The translations under genes and the position numbers were made by a program. Positions 1-12,074 of a DNA stretch of 45,612 bases are shown here, piece by piece. The notes under the pieces are model-generated. The model was not told the DNA's origin. It ran no database searches and saw only the letters and a program-made list of their open reading frames with translations. Position 1 is the stretch's first letter; each line of letters starts with the position of its first letter. The DNA comes from an uncultured virus (IMG/VR IMGVR_UViG_2061766007_000731). Lineage: Duplodnaviria > Heunggongvirae > Uroviricota > Caudoviricetes. Location of the stretch: IMG/VR virus record IMGVR_UViG_2061766007_000731; one strand, 5' to 3'.

Positions 1-1330
1 TGTTTTTAATTTCCACGCTCTAGGAATCATATCCTCTTTTTTAATAACCAACCCTTCGTGTGGAACATTATTATTACAATCTGGAGAATTGCATTCCATA
101 AAGAAATTTTCATCATTTGCCAACTCTTCCCAAAATAACATGTTCCAGTTTTCTGCTAATAATAAATCATCTACATCGCCATTACACATTTGATAAAGTT
201 GTGGATATAAATCTACAGCTTTACCATAATATAATTCTTCTACAGGCATTAAACCATTAAGTGTACACCATTGTTGGACTTCTCTAGTTGAAAATTCATG
301 AACTATACCATCTATATTTGTTAATGTTATTCTATATATTCTTACTTTAAAATGTTTTTCAGAAGTATATTTTTCACCATTAGTTGGTGGAACACAACCA
401 TAATCATAATTATTTTGAATGTACGATCCGTTTGGAAGATATCCAACAATTTCATAATAGGCGGTCATACCCTTAATTAAATGTGGTCTAACTATTTTAT
501 CTGCCTCAAACCATACATCTGTATTATAATATCCAGAATTTACATTTTTATTAAAATATTTATTTTTAATTACTGTTCTGGAAGCATATACATAATCATA
601 ATATTTGTATTCGTTATTCCAAGAATTACCTAATAGTACATTTCCTAACTTTTTAAATATATTTAATGGTTTTTTACATAAAATGTATGCTGAAATTCCA
701 GAGGTTCCGTGCCATTTTGATGTAATTTGAATCAAATCGTCTGGTTCTATGCACCAAGGTTCTTTTTTCACTTGTACGGTAGTATAATGAAACCTAAATT
801 GATTATTGTCAATTTTATCATAACCTTTTATTTTTTTGGCAGATGCGTTACTATTTTTACTTTCAACATTTTTTACTTTGGTTTTATATTTTTTACAAAT
901 CCAAATTATTTTATCGTTGTGTTTAATTGAGTCAAATTCGACATTACTTTTAACTTCATTTAATTCTACGTTAATTGTAGTTAAAAGAAAATCCCGTAAT
1001 GTTTTTACTGGAAGTAAAAATCCTTCAGATACTATACCACGTAATCTAATTGCTTTTACTCTACCATNNNNNNNNNNNNNNNNNNNNNTTTTTATTTATG
1101 TGTCTATATAAATTAGCATATGATAATAAATTTTCATTAATTTGAGATAAAGCTGGAAAATAAATATATAAACCTGGCTGTTCGTCTAATCCAACAATTA
1201 TATTGTACCCACCAACATGCACTATTTTTAAGGAATTTGCGTTTGGATGTGGAGTAAAATCAGATTCATTTAAATAAATAATTTTAGCTAGATAATTAAT
1301 ATCGGCTTTTTTACTTTGTATCAGTTCCAT
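1..1330 (-). CDS. RNA ligase, Rnl2/DRB0094-like (runs off window start)
   Basis: N-terminus HPNANSLKIV..GGY and GRVKAIRLRGIVSEG; nucleotidyltransferase motif I TSKWHGTS, YEIVG, HEGLVIK. Frame is interrupted only by the N gap at 1068-1088. All visible Trp codons are TGG. Confidence 0.85.
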
Positions 1331-2261
1331 TTGTAATATTTAATTTTTTACAAAGTTCATCAAAAGAAAGTTCAATTTGATTTCAAATATAATGTTCTAA
1401 TAAATCAGTATTATCATATCCAAACTCATATTCTAAAAGTTTATGTATTATATAATTATATGATTCATAAAACTTATTAGTTTGTAATGCCGCTTGAAAG
1501 TAACTTTCTCTAAACTTTTTATATTCTTTTTCTACATTGTTGTATAATGTTATATAATTTTCTAATTNNNNNNNNNNNNNNNNNNNNNNNNNNNNNNNNN
1601 NNNNNNNNNNNNNNNNNNNNNNNNNNNNNNNNNNNNNTTAGATTCAGAATTTAATAAATTTTCCAAAAGTTTATGCGCATAATTTTTATATTCTCACGGT
1701 GACGACAATTTAATAATTTCCTGATTATCTAATTTAATATCATAATCGTTTATTAATATACAAAAAGAATTGTTTAATTCGTTCATATGATTAATTTTTA
1801 ATTCCTCTAAATTATATGTTAATCTTAAATTATTATATCAATATTCGTCATCAGTCTGATCAAATACACAATATAAATTTAATTTTGATAAATATAAAGT
1901 ACCATTATTGGGTAAATATTTATTAAGAAAACATTTATATTGTATAAACAAACCATTGTTTATAATTTCTGCTTTTTTTTTATTTTGAGTATTGTTGGAA
2001 GTTGACTTTTTATTTTTTCTATATAAGAGTAATTATCATGTATAACTGGAGGAGAAACTAATCAATTAGGATAAAATGCATTATCGGTGGTTAAAGATGA
2101 TACGTTATTACTTACAATATTGTTATCCTTTTGCGTCATGTTGATTTATATCGATAGTTGCCTGTGTATAACCATTACTATATGCAGTATCTAATAAAAA
2201 TTGAAAAAATTCACATTGTTGTGTAGTTAAATTACTAAAAAGTTCTTCTTTAGACATATAG

Positions 2262-2705
2262 TTAATTCATTAACTGGCGTACAAGTTCTAATTTTTTGGG
2301 ATTATTTTTATATCTATTATAAAGAATTGTTAATAATTGAGACTCTGTTATACCAGGAATTTTATATCCATCTTCAGTATAATGTTCGAATATTAAAATT
2401 TGTTCTCTAAATGTTGGCCAATCGTTACACATTTCTTTTAAAATATAACAACTATCGTCATTAATAACAATATTGCTCGGAAAAGATTTTACATAATTAT
2501 TGTTTAAATTTTTACAAGAACTATCAACGAACTTTTGCTTTTTTTGATCTTCGTTTATATTAGATATAACATTTGATTTAGACTTTTCTTGATTTTTATC
2601 TTTATTTTTATCATTAATGTCTTTAACAATATTTTTAGATGCTACTTCTGCTGCTTCTAAAATATCATTAAGAAATTCTGTAAGATTATCGTATTTTTCT
2701 TTCAT
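2262..2705 (-). CDS. hypothetical protein
   Basis: Open frame; likely ATG at 2705 (MKEKYDNL) overlapping the dUTPase end. Confidence 0.55.
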   Translation of the reverse strand: MKEKYDNLTEFLNDILEAAEVASKNIVKDINDKNKDKNQEKSKSNVISNINEDQKKQKFVDSSCKNLNNNYVKSFPSNIVINDDSCYILKEMCNDWPTFREQILIFEHYTEDGYKIPGITESQLLTILYNRYKNNPKKLELVRQLMN

Positions 2706-3156
2706 TATTATCTGTGCTTCCAAATCCTCCCTTACCTCTATCTGTATCAGTAAGATCATCTACTTCTATAAAATTAATTGGTTCTGTTACATTTATATGC
2801 AATTGTAACATTTTATCACCAACTTTATATCTAGGCATATTAGGCATTACATGATAAAAAACTGCCATTACTTCACCACGATATCCTTCATCAATCATTG
2901 CAGTAGTATTAGCAAGAACCATTCCAGTTTTTCAAACACTACTTCTTGGTTTGCCTTCAATACAAAAATTTATATATTCTACTGGTGGACAATTATCATC
3001 TCTAATAATTTCTAAAGCAAACCCTAAGCCGTATCTTCATACGTTTGGAGCAATTTCTTCTTCGCTAACAGCATAGCAATCATAACAAAAATCGTCTATG
3101 TGCGCCTTTTCTGGTATGATAGCATCTGGATGTAATTTTTTAATCTTTATTTCCAT
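2686..3156 (-). CDS. dut: trimeric dUTPase (TGA=Trp)
   Basis: MEIKIKKLHPDAIIP...DFCYD...KPRSSV*KTG...IDEGYRGE...DRGKGGFGST. In-frame TGA at 3037-3039 and 2932-2934. Confidence 0.92.
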
Positions 3157-3352
3157 TTTTTATATATAATGTGCAATGACAAATGTCATTTTCTCTATAT
3201 TCTTTACATGGACATATACGATCCTGACGAGTTTTTCCTGGATTATCACACGGGCATTCAAAATTATTTAATTCACATCGTCTTAAAATAGCATTAACTA
3301 TTTTATCATCAGGATTTAGTATTCAACCATCTTTTCTATAAATTTGAATCAT
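3140..3352 (-). CDS. ferredoxin-thioredoxin reductase catalytic (beta) chain-like protein (TGA=Trp)
   Basis: CPC...CPC...CHC motif set; in-frame TGA at 3323-3325. Confidence 0.8.
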
Positions 3353-3582
3353 TAAAATTTATTTTCAATATAATCAAATGCTTTATCTACTACAGATTCG
3401 TTATCAGAATTATAGTCCATTATATTAAATACATTATCTCCTTCTGTTAACATGTATTCAACACTCGTTGCATGATATCCTAAAACATCTATTACAAAAG
3501 ACTCCAAATCTTCAATATTATCTGGAATATTACGAACAATATCAATATTTCCAGATTCATAATCAAAAATAAACAAATACAT
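3352..3582 (-). CDS. hypothetical protein
   Basis: 76-aa ORF packed between nrdG and the FTR-like gene. Confidence 0.6.
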   Translation of the reverse strand: MYLFIFDYESGNIDIVRNIPDNIEDLESFVIDVLGYHATSVEYMLTEGDNVFNIMDYNSDNESVVDKAFDYIENKF

Positions 3583-3585
3583 ATA

Positions 3586-4053
3586 TTATTTCCAAAATTT
3601 ATAAGTTATATCTTTCATTCAAGAATTTGTTGCTGATTTATATATCGCAAACATTCTTTGATTAGTTGTTATTTTATTAATTGGACCACATTCTTCTTTA
3701 TATGGCCCAATTTTTATATAATCTAGATAATTTACACATTCATGAATTGGTACTACGTGTCTACCAGAATATCACGCAATCTTTAATAGATTATTTTTAC
3801 TGTGGCAATATTTAAATATTTCTAATAAACTATCTAAATCTTGATCACCACCCATAAAACAAACACATGTTATTGCTGGAATTTCTAACATTTTATCTAA
3901 CTCATTGATAGTTAATTCCGTACCAATATCCTCTCATAAATGTTTAGAATGACAAGCTGGACAATGAATGGGGCAACCAGAAATTTCTATAGCTAGTGTA
4001 ATTTCATCAGGTATTTCTGAAAATACAATAGCTTGATTTACATATTTTAACAT
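3586..4053 (-). CDS. nrdG: anaerobic ribonucleotide reductase activating protein, radical SAM (TGA=Trp)
   Basis: EIPDEITLAIEISGCPIHCPACHSKHL* (CxxxCxxC), MGGD, KIA*YSG, YIKIGPY, TNQR. Confidence 0.92.
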
Positions 4054-7000
4054 ATCGTATCTTCTTTTTTAGTATAAATACGTGTTTTTTGTTCTTGCCG
4101 TCTTCCTGCAGATCATCCATTTATTTTAGTTAAATATCCGATAACTCTATCATAGTAATCAATGTGCTTTGAATCACATTTTGGACATACTGTCACAGGT
4201 TGTTTTCCAATTCATCCACAATCTTGGCATTCAGAATTTGGAATATTTCAAGTAAAGTATTGACATCCCACAGAAGCTGCATAATTAATAAGCTTTCTAT
4301 ATTGTTCTACACTCAAATGAGAGTCAAGATTAATATGGGCGGCAGAACCCGTGTTATCACATGTTTCCATGTGCACTGACTATATCTTAACTGAGATTAA
4401 ACTCAGCAATAACCATTTCAACTTACGTACCAATAGTAAGCTTACTCTCCCGATACGGAGATAGTCGATACAGGTTTATAATTATTGATATTAATTTCTT
4501 TATTTTTAAATATTCATTTCTTTTCATTTTTCAAGTATCTTGGAACATTTAAATATCCTCGATCTATTAAATTTCGAAATGCACATTTTGATTTAGATCT
4601 AGATCCAAATTTATTATAACACTCTGTTAAAGAGTGATTTACATAATATTTTCTAATTTTTAAAATTTCCCAATCTTTGTATAAAGCAATTGGATTACGC
4701 TCTCCTTTCAACCCAGTTTGCCTTTTGTGCCAATTTATATTCTCTTCTGTATAAACTTCACAATTTATATCTTTTCAAGTAACTCCTTCTCAAATTTTTT
4801 GAAACGCAGAGAATGATATTTTATTTTTATACATTTCTCAACATTGTTTACAATTAAGTTCACAATTGTCATAAATGCTCCTAATTTGAATTATTTCTTC
4901 GATAGATAATATTGCTCTCGGATTTGCATCAAGTTGATTTCTTTCACCTCCAGCTGTAAGATTATAACCCTTTTCTGGATTTCTGGAATCATAAAATTTA
5001 ATATAATATCGTTCTAATTCTCCAAGTTTTACAATATCATCTGTATTATCTATTTCCTCTATTTTAAAAGATTCAATACCATATTTTCGCATTGCGTTAT
5101 ATAAATGCTTTTTGGCACTTCTTTTACATTCGGCCTTATGAGAAGTTCATCGTTTGTTTAAGGAAAGCGTAGTAAGACCAATATAAATTTTATTATTTAT
5201 AAGATTGGTTATTTTATATATTATCATATCAATAATTATTTTCCCACGGTATTCCNNNNNNNNNNNNNNNNNNNNNNNNNNNACTGGTTAGTGGAAAAGT
5301 TATAACAGGCAGTTTAATCTACCATCTAAATAATCACCTATATATTCAGAACCATGTAATTTTAATTTATCTAGTACAGATATTTCTTTATCATTTGGTT
5401 TAAATATATAACTAGCATAAAGATTTATATCAGAAGGTATTCAGTATCCGTCCTGTTTATCTCAGTTGTAATTTTTTACTGCTAAAGATTCGGCAGGTAC
5501 TTGTTCTGTGTTATATGTAGTTTTTTCGGTTTTATGTAATAGATTTTGTTCTTTTACCGTACTAAATATAAACTGACAGAATTCTTTATATTCTTCATTA
5601 TCATTACATTGAATACCTAAAAATTCAGCAGCTTGATTTAGACCGTTTAAACCTATTGTTAAATATTGTTTATCGAGAGATATAAAATGCGATGAATATA
5701 CTGGAAGTAAACCAGCGTTATACATATCATAAAGTCCTTCGTTATATGCTGTATGATATTTGTAAACTCTTTCTAGAATATCAACTAAGTATTCATAAAG
5801 ATCGGGATATGATTCTCTTGCTCTTTGTTGAGTTCATTCAGGATTTAAATTTTTCATCATATTACTTCAATCTTGAATAATACGATTTAAATTTAATGTT
5901 ATAACTGATTTACTACCAGTCATAACGCCCATGTTACCATTAGTAAAATTAAACTCTTTTGTTTGAAGTTTATTCTTTAAACGACAACAAGACGATAACG
6001 AATCTACTGTATTTGAAATATATGTAAAGAAACTATGCCCTCTTGCATATTCTTCACATACAAATTCAAACATGTCTTTATCAACAAATTCTCCATCTTT
6101 ATATAATAGAGTAACTGATTCTACAGGAAAAGTTAGTATACATTTTAATCTTTCTGCATTAAACCATTGCATAAATTCTTTTTGTAATCAGCATAAAGAT
6201 TCTCATTTTCCTTGTGTGCCGTCTGGAAAATAAAATTCTCCAAACATCCCATCAAAGAACGGTTTATCAAAGTAAGAAAAATTAACAACATAAAATGTTC
6301 CGTATAGGTCGTTAATCTATACGCGTTTATAACTGCTATATGTTACCATATAGATCGGACTATATCATCGCTAATGCGTTCCCTACTTCCACTCACTTGA
6401 GTGTACTCCTTGCGGATAGTCTCTGAACCTGGCAAAGCCTCGGCTGCTGATTATCCATTTCTGGACTTCCCAGCAATTCAGGGAATTTTAAGTGCGCCTG
6501 TTATTTTTTTCTTATCTATGTTTATAACCATGTACTTTAAATAAGTGACATTCTTTACAGTATGTTATCAAATTATTTAAATCATTAAATTCTAGATCCT
6601 CCGTGGCAATTCTATATAATTCGTTTTGATTTTCAATAGGATCTAAATCAGAATGCTCTTGTAGTAATCTATCTAATATTTTAGAAAATGGTTTTATATG
6701 ATGAACTTGTAGTATATGTTTACTTCCGCATAATTGACAGCAATAATTGTCTCTTTCTAAAACCTTTGGAACTTGTTGAACATAAAATAATTCTCGTAAT
6801 CTATAATGTAATGGAGTTATTCCGCCTTTTCAATTTGGGTGTTTTTCTCCAACCATTTGACCTATTTTTGCCTCAGAATTATTACGAATCTGAATATTAA
6901 AATTTTTTAATATTCTGTCAATTACATCTGGTTCACAATTATATTTTTTAGCAATATCGGCTTTAGATAATTTCTGTGTTATATAAAGATCGATTACTAT

Positions 7001-8389
7001 ATCTCTATCTGTTAAATCTTTTGGAAATTCTTTATTATTATAATTTCATTGTGCTTCAGATAAACTTCTTCGCTTAATACCACAATGTTCTAAATGATGT
7101 AAAATTGTAGTTCAAGATGTGTTAAAATATTTTGCTATTTCGGTAGAAGATTTGCCATTCAAGTACATTTTACATATTTCTTCATCGTTTGATGAATCAT
7201 ACTGAGAATATTCTTTTGGTTCTGCTAATATAGTTAATCCAAATTTTTTGTTTCATTTGTAAACAGTACTAATAAATACATTAAAATGTTTTGCTATTTC
7301 TTCTGCAGACATTTTAGCATTAATACATTTTTCTAATTCTTCCTTAGAAATAATAAATTTTTCTTTATTGATATTTCAATTTTTTAACAGACTTTNNNNN
7401 NNNNNNNNNNNNNNNNNNNNNNNNNNNNNNNNNNNNNNNNNNNNNNNNNNNNNNNNNNNNNNNNNNNNNNNNNNNNNNNNNNNNNNNNNNNNNNNNNNNN
7501 NNNNNNNNNNNNNNNNNNNNNNNNNNNNNNNNNNNNNNNNNNNNNNNNNNNNNNNNNNNNNNNNACACGCGTTGTATTAGTACTAACTTTTAAATCAGGA
7601 TTTTGATAATAATTATCACCTCATTCTTTACGAGCAAAATAATCAAAGTATAATAAAAATTCAGAAGTTGCCACAGCTCCAGCAAACATCGCTGAAGTAG
7701 CAAATATAAGATTAATGTACATTCCGCAGAAAGAATCTAAATTCTTAGGAGCGGCAGAAAGACCTCCTAAATTTTTAATACCATCTGTTAAAAATGGATA
7801 CATTGATATACTACAACAATATGGTGCAATAGCTCCAGCAAAAGAACTTTCATCATGCTTATATATAATATGATGTTCAAGATCACGTATATACTGTTTA
7901 CAATCAAAATCTGGATAAAGTTCTTTTAATTTATCCATTATCATTTTTCTAGATATTTGAATATTATCTGGCTTATGAATTTCAGCATTTAATATTCCAA
8001 TATTTTTACTTTTTACATTAGAGTTATCATCAATAGTGGCATCGGCTGNNNNNNNNNNNNNNNNNNNNNNNNNNNNNNNTTATAAATTCTTCTTTCTCTG
8101 CAACTCAATCTCTAACTCTATTATGTTTCTCACGATAAAGTATATAACTTTTTGCTACATCATAATTTTCTGTTATCATTAAACATTCTTCAACTAAATC
8201 TTGAATAGTTTCAACAGATAGGTCAGATCAAGCATTTAGTCTTATTTTAACTAATTTTAAAACACGAGTTATATTATCCAAATTATCTTGATCTGGCCTA
8301 GTAGCATTAAAAGCAGATGTTATAGCTGTTTCAATTTTAGAAAAATCAAACTCTTGTTCACTACCATTACGTTTAATTACTTTGGTCAT
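4047..8389 (-). CDS. nrdD: class III anaerobic ribonucleotide reductase, 3 exons (8389-~7500, 6288-5321, 4349-4047; TGA=Trp)
   Basis: ATP cone VIKRNG, IYKHDE, SSCCRL, VPAESLAVKNYN*DK, C-terminal Zn ribbon, and glycyl-radical motif RVIGYL. Confidence 0.93.
4350..5320 (-). mobile_element. group I intron (nrdD intron 2)
   Basis: Removal restores DG^GSAAH. P1 GGUAG/CUGCC contains the U-G pair. Core elements AATACCGTGGG, GTATCGACTA, AAGATATAGTC; terminal G at 4350. Confidence 0.92.
4442..5227 (-). CDS. intron-encoded GIY-YIG homing endonuclease (TGA=Trp)
   Basis: MIIYKITNLINNKIYIG...KR*TSH...GYNLTAGG; 262 codons when TGA is read through. Confidence 0.88.
6289..7500 (-). mobile_element. group I intron (nrdD intron 1); 5' splice site lies in N gap 7396-7564
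   Basis: Core AATTGCTGGG, AATCAGCAGCC, TTCAGAGACTA, GATATAGTCC at 6350-6490; terminal G at 6289 before TT GTT AAT (F-V-N-F-S-Y-F-D). Confidence 0.88.
6512..7312 (-). CDS. intron-encoded HNH endonuclease with N-terminal HTH repeats (TGA=Trp)
   Basis: HPN*KGG...ERDNYCCQLCG..LQVHHIKP...NLITYCKECH; start codon uncertain. Confidence 0.82.
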
Positions 8390-8399
8390 TAAACAAAAA

Positions 8400-8705
8400 T
8401 TATTTCATTTTTACATTTAATTCAGGCTGCATTTCCTTAATATAATGTTTTTCTCACTTTATTGCCTGTTCTTTAGTATTACATATTTTAATAACAAAAA
8501 ATGTAATAATAGAATCTGAAGTAATAAATTCTTTAATATTTCGGTTACATGTTAACTTTTTAAAACTTAGGATATGTTCCCTTCATCTAATTTTAAAATG
8601 TCTTGATGTTTGACCGATATATAATTTTTTACCCTTTATATTTTCTATATAAAAGCCGTATACCCCAAATGCAAAAAATGCAGCACTTTCATAAATAATC
8701 TTCAT
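8400..8705 (-). CDS. small free-standing GIY-YIG nuclease (TGA=Trp)
   Basis: GVYGF...LYIGQT...IR*REH...*EKHYI....PELN; 102 codons. Confidence 0.78.
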
Positions 8706-8721
8706 TTTTATCTCTTATTTA

Positions 8722-8759
8722 ATAAATTGGGCTAGATTATGACATCTAGCCCAATTTAT
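8722..8759 (-). terminator. hairpin, probable intrinsic terminator
   Basis: 16-bp perfect inverted repeat ATAAATTGGGCTAGAT/ATCTAGCCCAATTTAT immediately after the stop codon at 8763. Confidence 0.7.
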
Positions 8760-8762
8760 AGT

Positions 8763-9263
8763 TTAATTGCCAAAAATTATATAACGTCCTTCTTTAGTAT
8801 TAACAGAAGGTTTGTATTTAAGTGTAAAAGCTAAGCCTTTATTATCAACAACTTTATAAATTTGTCTACAATATAAATCTTCACGAATTTCTTTCATTTT
8901 TGATTTAGCAAATTTAGACGCATTATCTTTAGTTGTCGCCTCTCCAATAAAAATATCATTTTTTACTGTACGAATCTCAAATACTCTTTTTCTCTTAAGT
9001 TGACCTTTTACCTTATTATTAATATATTCGTAAGGTCGTTCACGAGTATCTATAGCACCAGGTTCTAATACTACTATACAGGCAACTCCATCTGCATTAT
9101 CTAAATGATTCTTTTTGATAATTTTTTCAGCAAATTCATCAAAATCAATTGGTTTTTCTTTTTTGAAAGAAAGTGTAACATTACGTACAACTGTCAATCC
9201 TAATTTAAGAGCTTTTTCTTTAGCTTCATTATAACTGTACGCACTAATTTCAAATTTTTTCAT
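8763..9263 (-). CDS. hypothetical protein
   Basis: ORF MKKFEISAYS... with its own upstream promoter and downstream hairpin. Confidence 0.7.
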   Translation of the reverse strand: MKKFEISAYSYNEAKEKALKLGLTVVRNVTLSFKKEKPIDFDEFAEKIIKKNHLDNADGVACIVVLEPGAIDTRERPYEYINNKVKGQLKRKRVFEIRTVKNDIFIGEATTKDNASKFAKSKMKEIREDLYCRQIYKVVDNKGLAFTLKYKPSVNTKEGRYIIFGN

Positions 9264-9295
9264 AAAATGAAATTTTTTATTATTTATTCTAAATA

Positions 9296-9327
9296 CAAAA
9301 TTAACCTTTTTATAAAAGATTTCCAAA
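9296..9327 (-). promoter_or_regulatory. Bacteroidota housekeeping-type promoter
   Basis: TTTG-N20-TAATTTTG matches the -33/-7 consensus TTTG..TAnnTTTG. Confidence 0.7.
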
Positions 9328-9328
9328 T

Positions 9329-11295
9329 TTAAATAAAAGATACTTCTGAGTCATAACCTGCTATCTCATAATATGCTACTCGTTTTAGTAACTCTGTAAA
9401 TTCATTAATGCCTCTATGAAGATCTTCATCGTTGATTTTAAAACATCTTGACCAGTAATTAGGAATTGTTTCTACGGCACATATGTTTGATTCAAAAGTC
9501 CATCCAGTTTTTGGAGATATGCCATATTCTTTATTTACATACAATTCTAATATAGACATATAAACACCCAATTGACGATAATATCTATAATGTTCAAACG
9601 AATTTTCCATAAATTGATTTATAGTTTTACCTGTAGTTTTCAAATCATTTAAAGAAATGGTCATAGTATCATCATTAATTGTCCAATTATCAATTTTTAA
9701 TTTAAATGGTATTATAGCACATTGTTTTTCTTTATATGTAACGATAAAATCAATAAATAGTGCATCTTCGTTAAAAAACTCATAATTTTCACCAAATGTG
9801 TTTATTGGTTGTAAAATATTAGATATAGTTTGATTAGATTTTAAAGATTGTATACAAGCATTAGCTATATCATAATCAGAGTCAGATAAAAATATTAATT
9901 TTTTTGTAGACTGTGATTGTAGCTTAGAAACTTTCGATGAGTATTCTTCCCATGTTTCTTTAATAATCTTTATTTTTGAATCAATATTTTTAGTAAAATA
10001 ATCAACTTTTAAAGCTGCGTTTTTAATAACTTCGTTAATGTCGTCATTAGATTTAAGAAGTGATTGGATATTATCCATAACCATACCGAGTTTTGCAGTT
10101 GGTTTATTTACTTTTGGAGCCAATTCAAACTCATCTCCTTGTAGAATACATTCGTGAATAGCGCTACCTAAAGATAAACTACTTGTTTGTAATTTAGGAG
10201 GATTTTGAAATAATTGTGGAGAACCCAATGTGTTATCTCTAAGACTCTTTATTCTTAGATTCAATAACTTCTTCTTTGTTANNNNNNNNNNNNNNNNNNN
10301 NNNNNNNNNNNAAAAAATCTTTATTTCATCTCATGTAGCATTATTTTTCATAATATTTGCTTTATGACTAATTACTCAAACATTTCCTTTTACATATCCT
10401 TTTGTATTATCTATACGATCTAATGAAGGAGTTCAATCGTAATAAGATTCTTTCCCATATTCAAATTTTCTATTGAATATTGGACATTTTTCAGGAATTT
10501 TTATATCAGAAACATCAATATTAAATTCTAAACCACGTTCTGGAGCATGTTTTTTTGCATTACTTCACATTTTATATTCAAAATTATTAAGTCTAGAATT
10601 ACGATTTATTTCATTTTTACGATCTCTGTAATTATTATCATAAATTCTACGTTGTTTATCAATGTCAATACCAGGATTATTTTGTACAAATTCCTTTTCA
10701 CATTCTTTACAATATCATTTTCTAAGAACTTTACCTGTTATTTTAAATTCATAATATGGCTTAGTTTTACCACATATTTTACAAGTAAATTCCATAGGAT
10801 ACTTTTTATTAGGATATTTTTGTACATATTGACATCTTTTACATGTAGATACTATACCATGCTTACATTCTGGATTTTTATAAAATTCATCTAGTGGTAA
10901 TTCCTTACCACAAATATTACATTTTTTTATCATATCAAAAAAATTTTAATTTTTTAAAATCTAAAATTTATTGATACAAATATAGTAAAAGATTTTTATA
11001 TTTCAAAATATATTTCCACTTTTCGTGGGTGTATTATATTCTTTTTTTTAAGTTTCAACACCTAGTCTCTACACCTTTTATAATCATTTAAATTNNNNNN
11101 NNNNNNNNNNNNNATTTAGTGGATTTAAAGAGAGCAATTCTATTTACCCTCAGTAGGATCAATCCATTTTAATCTACTATTACTTATAAACTTTTTGTAT
11201 TGATCTCCAAAATATGTGTCATCATCAATTGTTTCACGATGTATTGAATTATAATCTGGTATTATTTTAAAATCAGAAAACTTAATTTCTTCCAT
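9329..11295 (-). CDS. PD-(D/E)XK exonuclease, 2 exons (11295-11146, 10225-9329)
   Basis: ISNSRLKWIDPTEG^GSPQLF, LGSAIHE, KLKIDNW, NDLKTT, YYRQLGVY; both exons are multiples of 3; Trp encoded only by TGG. Confidence 0.85.
10312..10933 (-). CDS. intron-encoded Zn-finger/HNH (His-Me finger) endonuclease (TGA=Trp); 3' end in N gap
   Basis: CNICG..CKRC, CKICG, TPSLDRIDNTKGYVKGNV*VISHKANIMK. Confidence 0.82.
10977..11007 (-). promoter_or_regulatory. intron-internal Bacteroidota-type promoter
   Basis: TTTG-N19-TATATTTG about 45 nt upstream of the endonuclease ATG. Confidence 0.7.
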
Positions 11296-11298
11296 CTC

Positions 11299-12057
11299 TT
11301 AAAAATTTAAATTTAAATTATATATTCTACGATGTTCTGGAACTTTAAACCATCGATTATGTTGTGAATCCATAAGATAACAAAATATACCAGCATTAGT
11401 AGCTTCCTTATAATTGTTAACTTTGTCATCAATAAGTAATGTTACTTTATGTTTCTTTAATAACTCTAATTTACTTTCGTTCCAAGGAACACTGTAGACA
11501 GGAGCACACGGAAATCCCATTTTTTGTAGATTTTCCATTGTCCATTCAATAGGAATTGATCTTGATGTAATGTAAAGATCTGGTTCAAAAGAAGGTAAGT
11601 TTAAGGCTGGTAAGTTTGTCCAAAATTCTTTATCTCCAGATATTTCTTTCAATTGTTCTCCGATATCATAGGAACCAGCCCAATAATTATTTAATTTACC
11701 AAATCTTTTTTCAAATTCACCTATAAAATCTAAACAAACGTCATCTATATCTAAAGCTATTATTGGTTTATCAATCATATAACATGGTCTATCATCACCT
11801 TGTGGATATATTTCATAATAAGCACAAATTAACATAGCATTTGCTGCGACCTCTGCTATATTTAAATCACCATCTGAATTTTTATCAATTCCTTGTTCAA
11901 ATTGAGTAAGATGATACTTTAACGAAGATAAAACTTCCGTCCAAGAAATCCCTTCTCGCCATTTATTTTTATCATATTTTTCAAGCTTATGGGTTAGTAC
12001 TTTACTAACTTCAGTGATTCCCTGAGCGGGAATTAAATCATAACGTATGTTATTCAT
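11299..12057 (-). CDS. DUF5664-like (dATP/dGTP diphosphohydrolase) domain fused to HAD 5'-nucleotidase-like domain
   Basis: RYDLIP...KY..NKWREGISW...SL..HL; HAD motifs IALDIDDV, ITSR, LIDDK. Confidence 0.75.
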   Translation of the reverse strand: MNNIRYDLIPAQGITEVSKVLTHKLEKYDKNKWREGISWTEVLSSLKYHLTQFEQGIDKNSDGDLNIAEVAANAMLICAYYEIYPQGDDRPCYMIDKPIIALDIDDVCLDFIGEFEKRFGKLNNYWAGSYDIGEQLKEISGDKEFWTNLPALNLPSFEPDLYITSRSIPIEWTMENLQKMGFPCAPVYSVPWNESKLELLKKHKVTLLIDDKVNNYKEATNAGIFCYLMDSQHNRWFKVPEHRRIYNLNLNF

Positions 12058-12074
12058 CTCTTATTTGTTTTATA

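Larger units (their letters stand above)
10226..11145 (-). mobile_element. group I intron in exonuclease gene
   Basis: P1 GAGGGUAA/UUGCUCUC with U-G; GTAGAGACTAG core element near 11070; terminal G at 10226. Confidence 0.88.

Noticed and set aside
1333..2260. Specific function for small ORFs between the RNA ligase and 2262
   Set aside because: Probably coding with TGA readthrough, but frames and starts are ambiguous and no motif was recognised.
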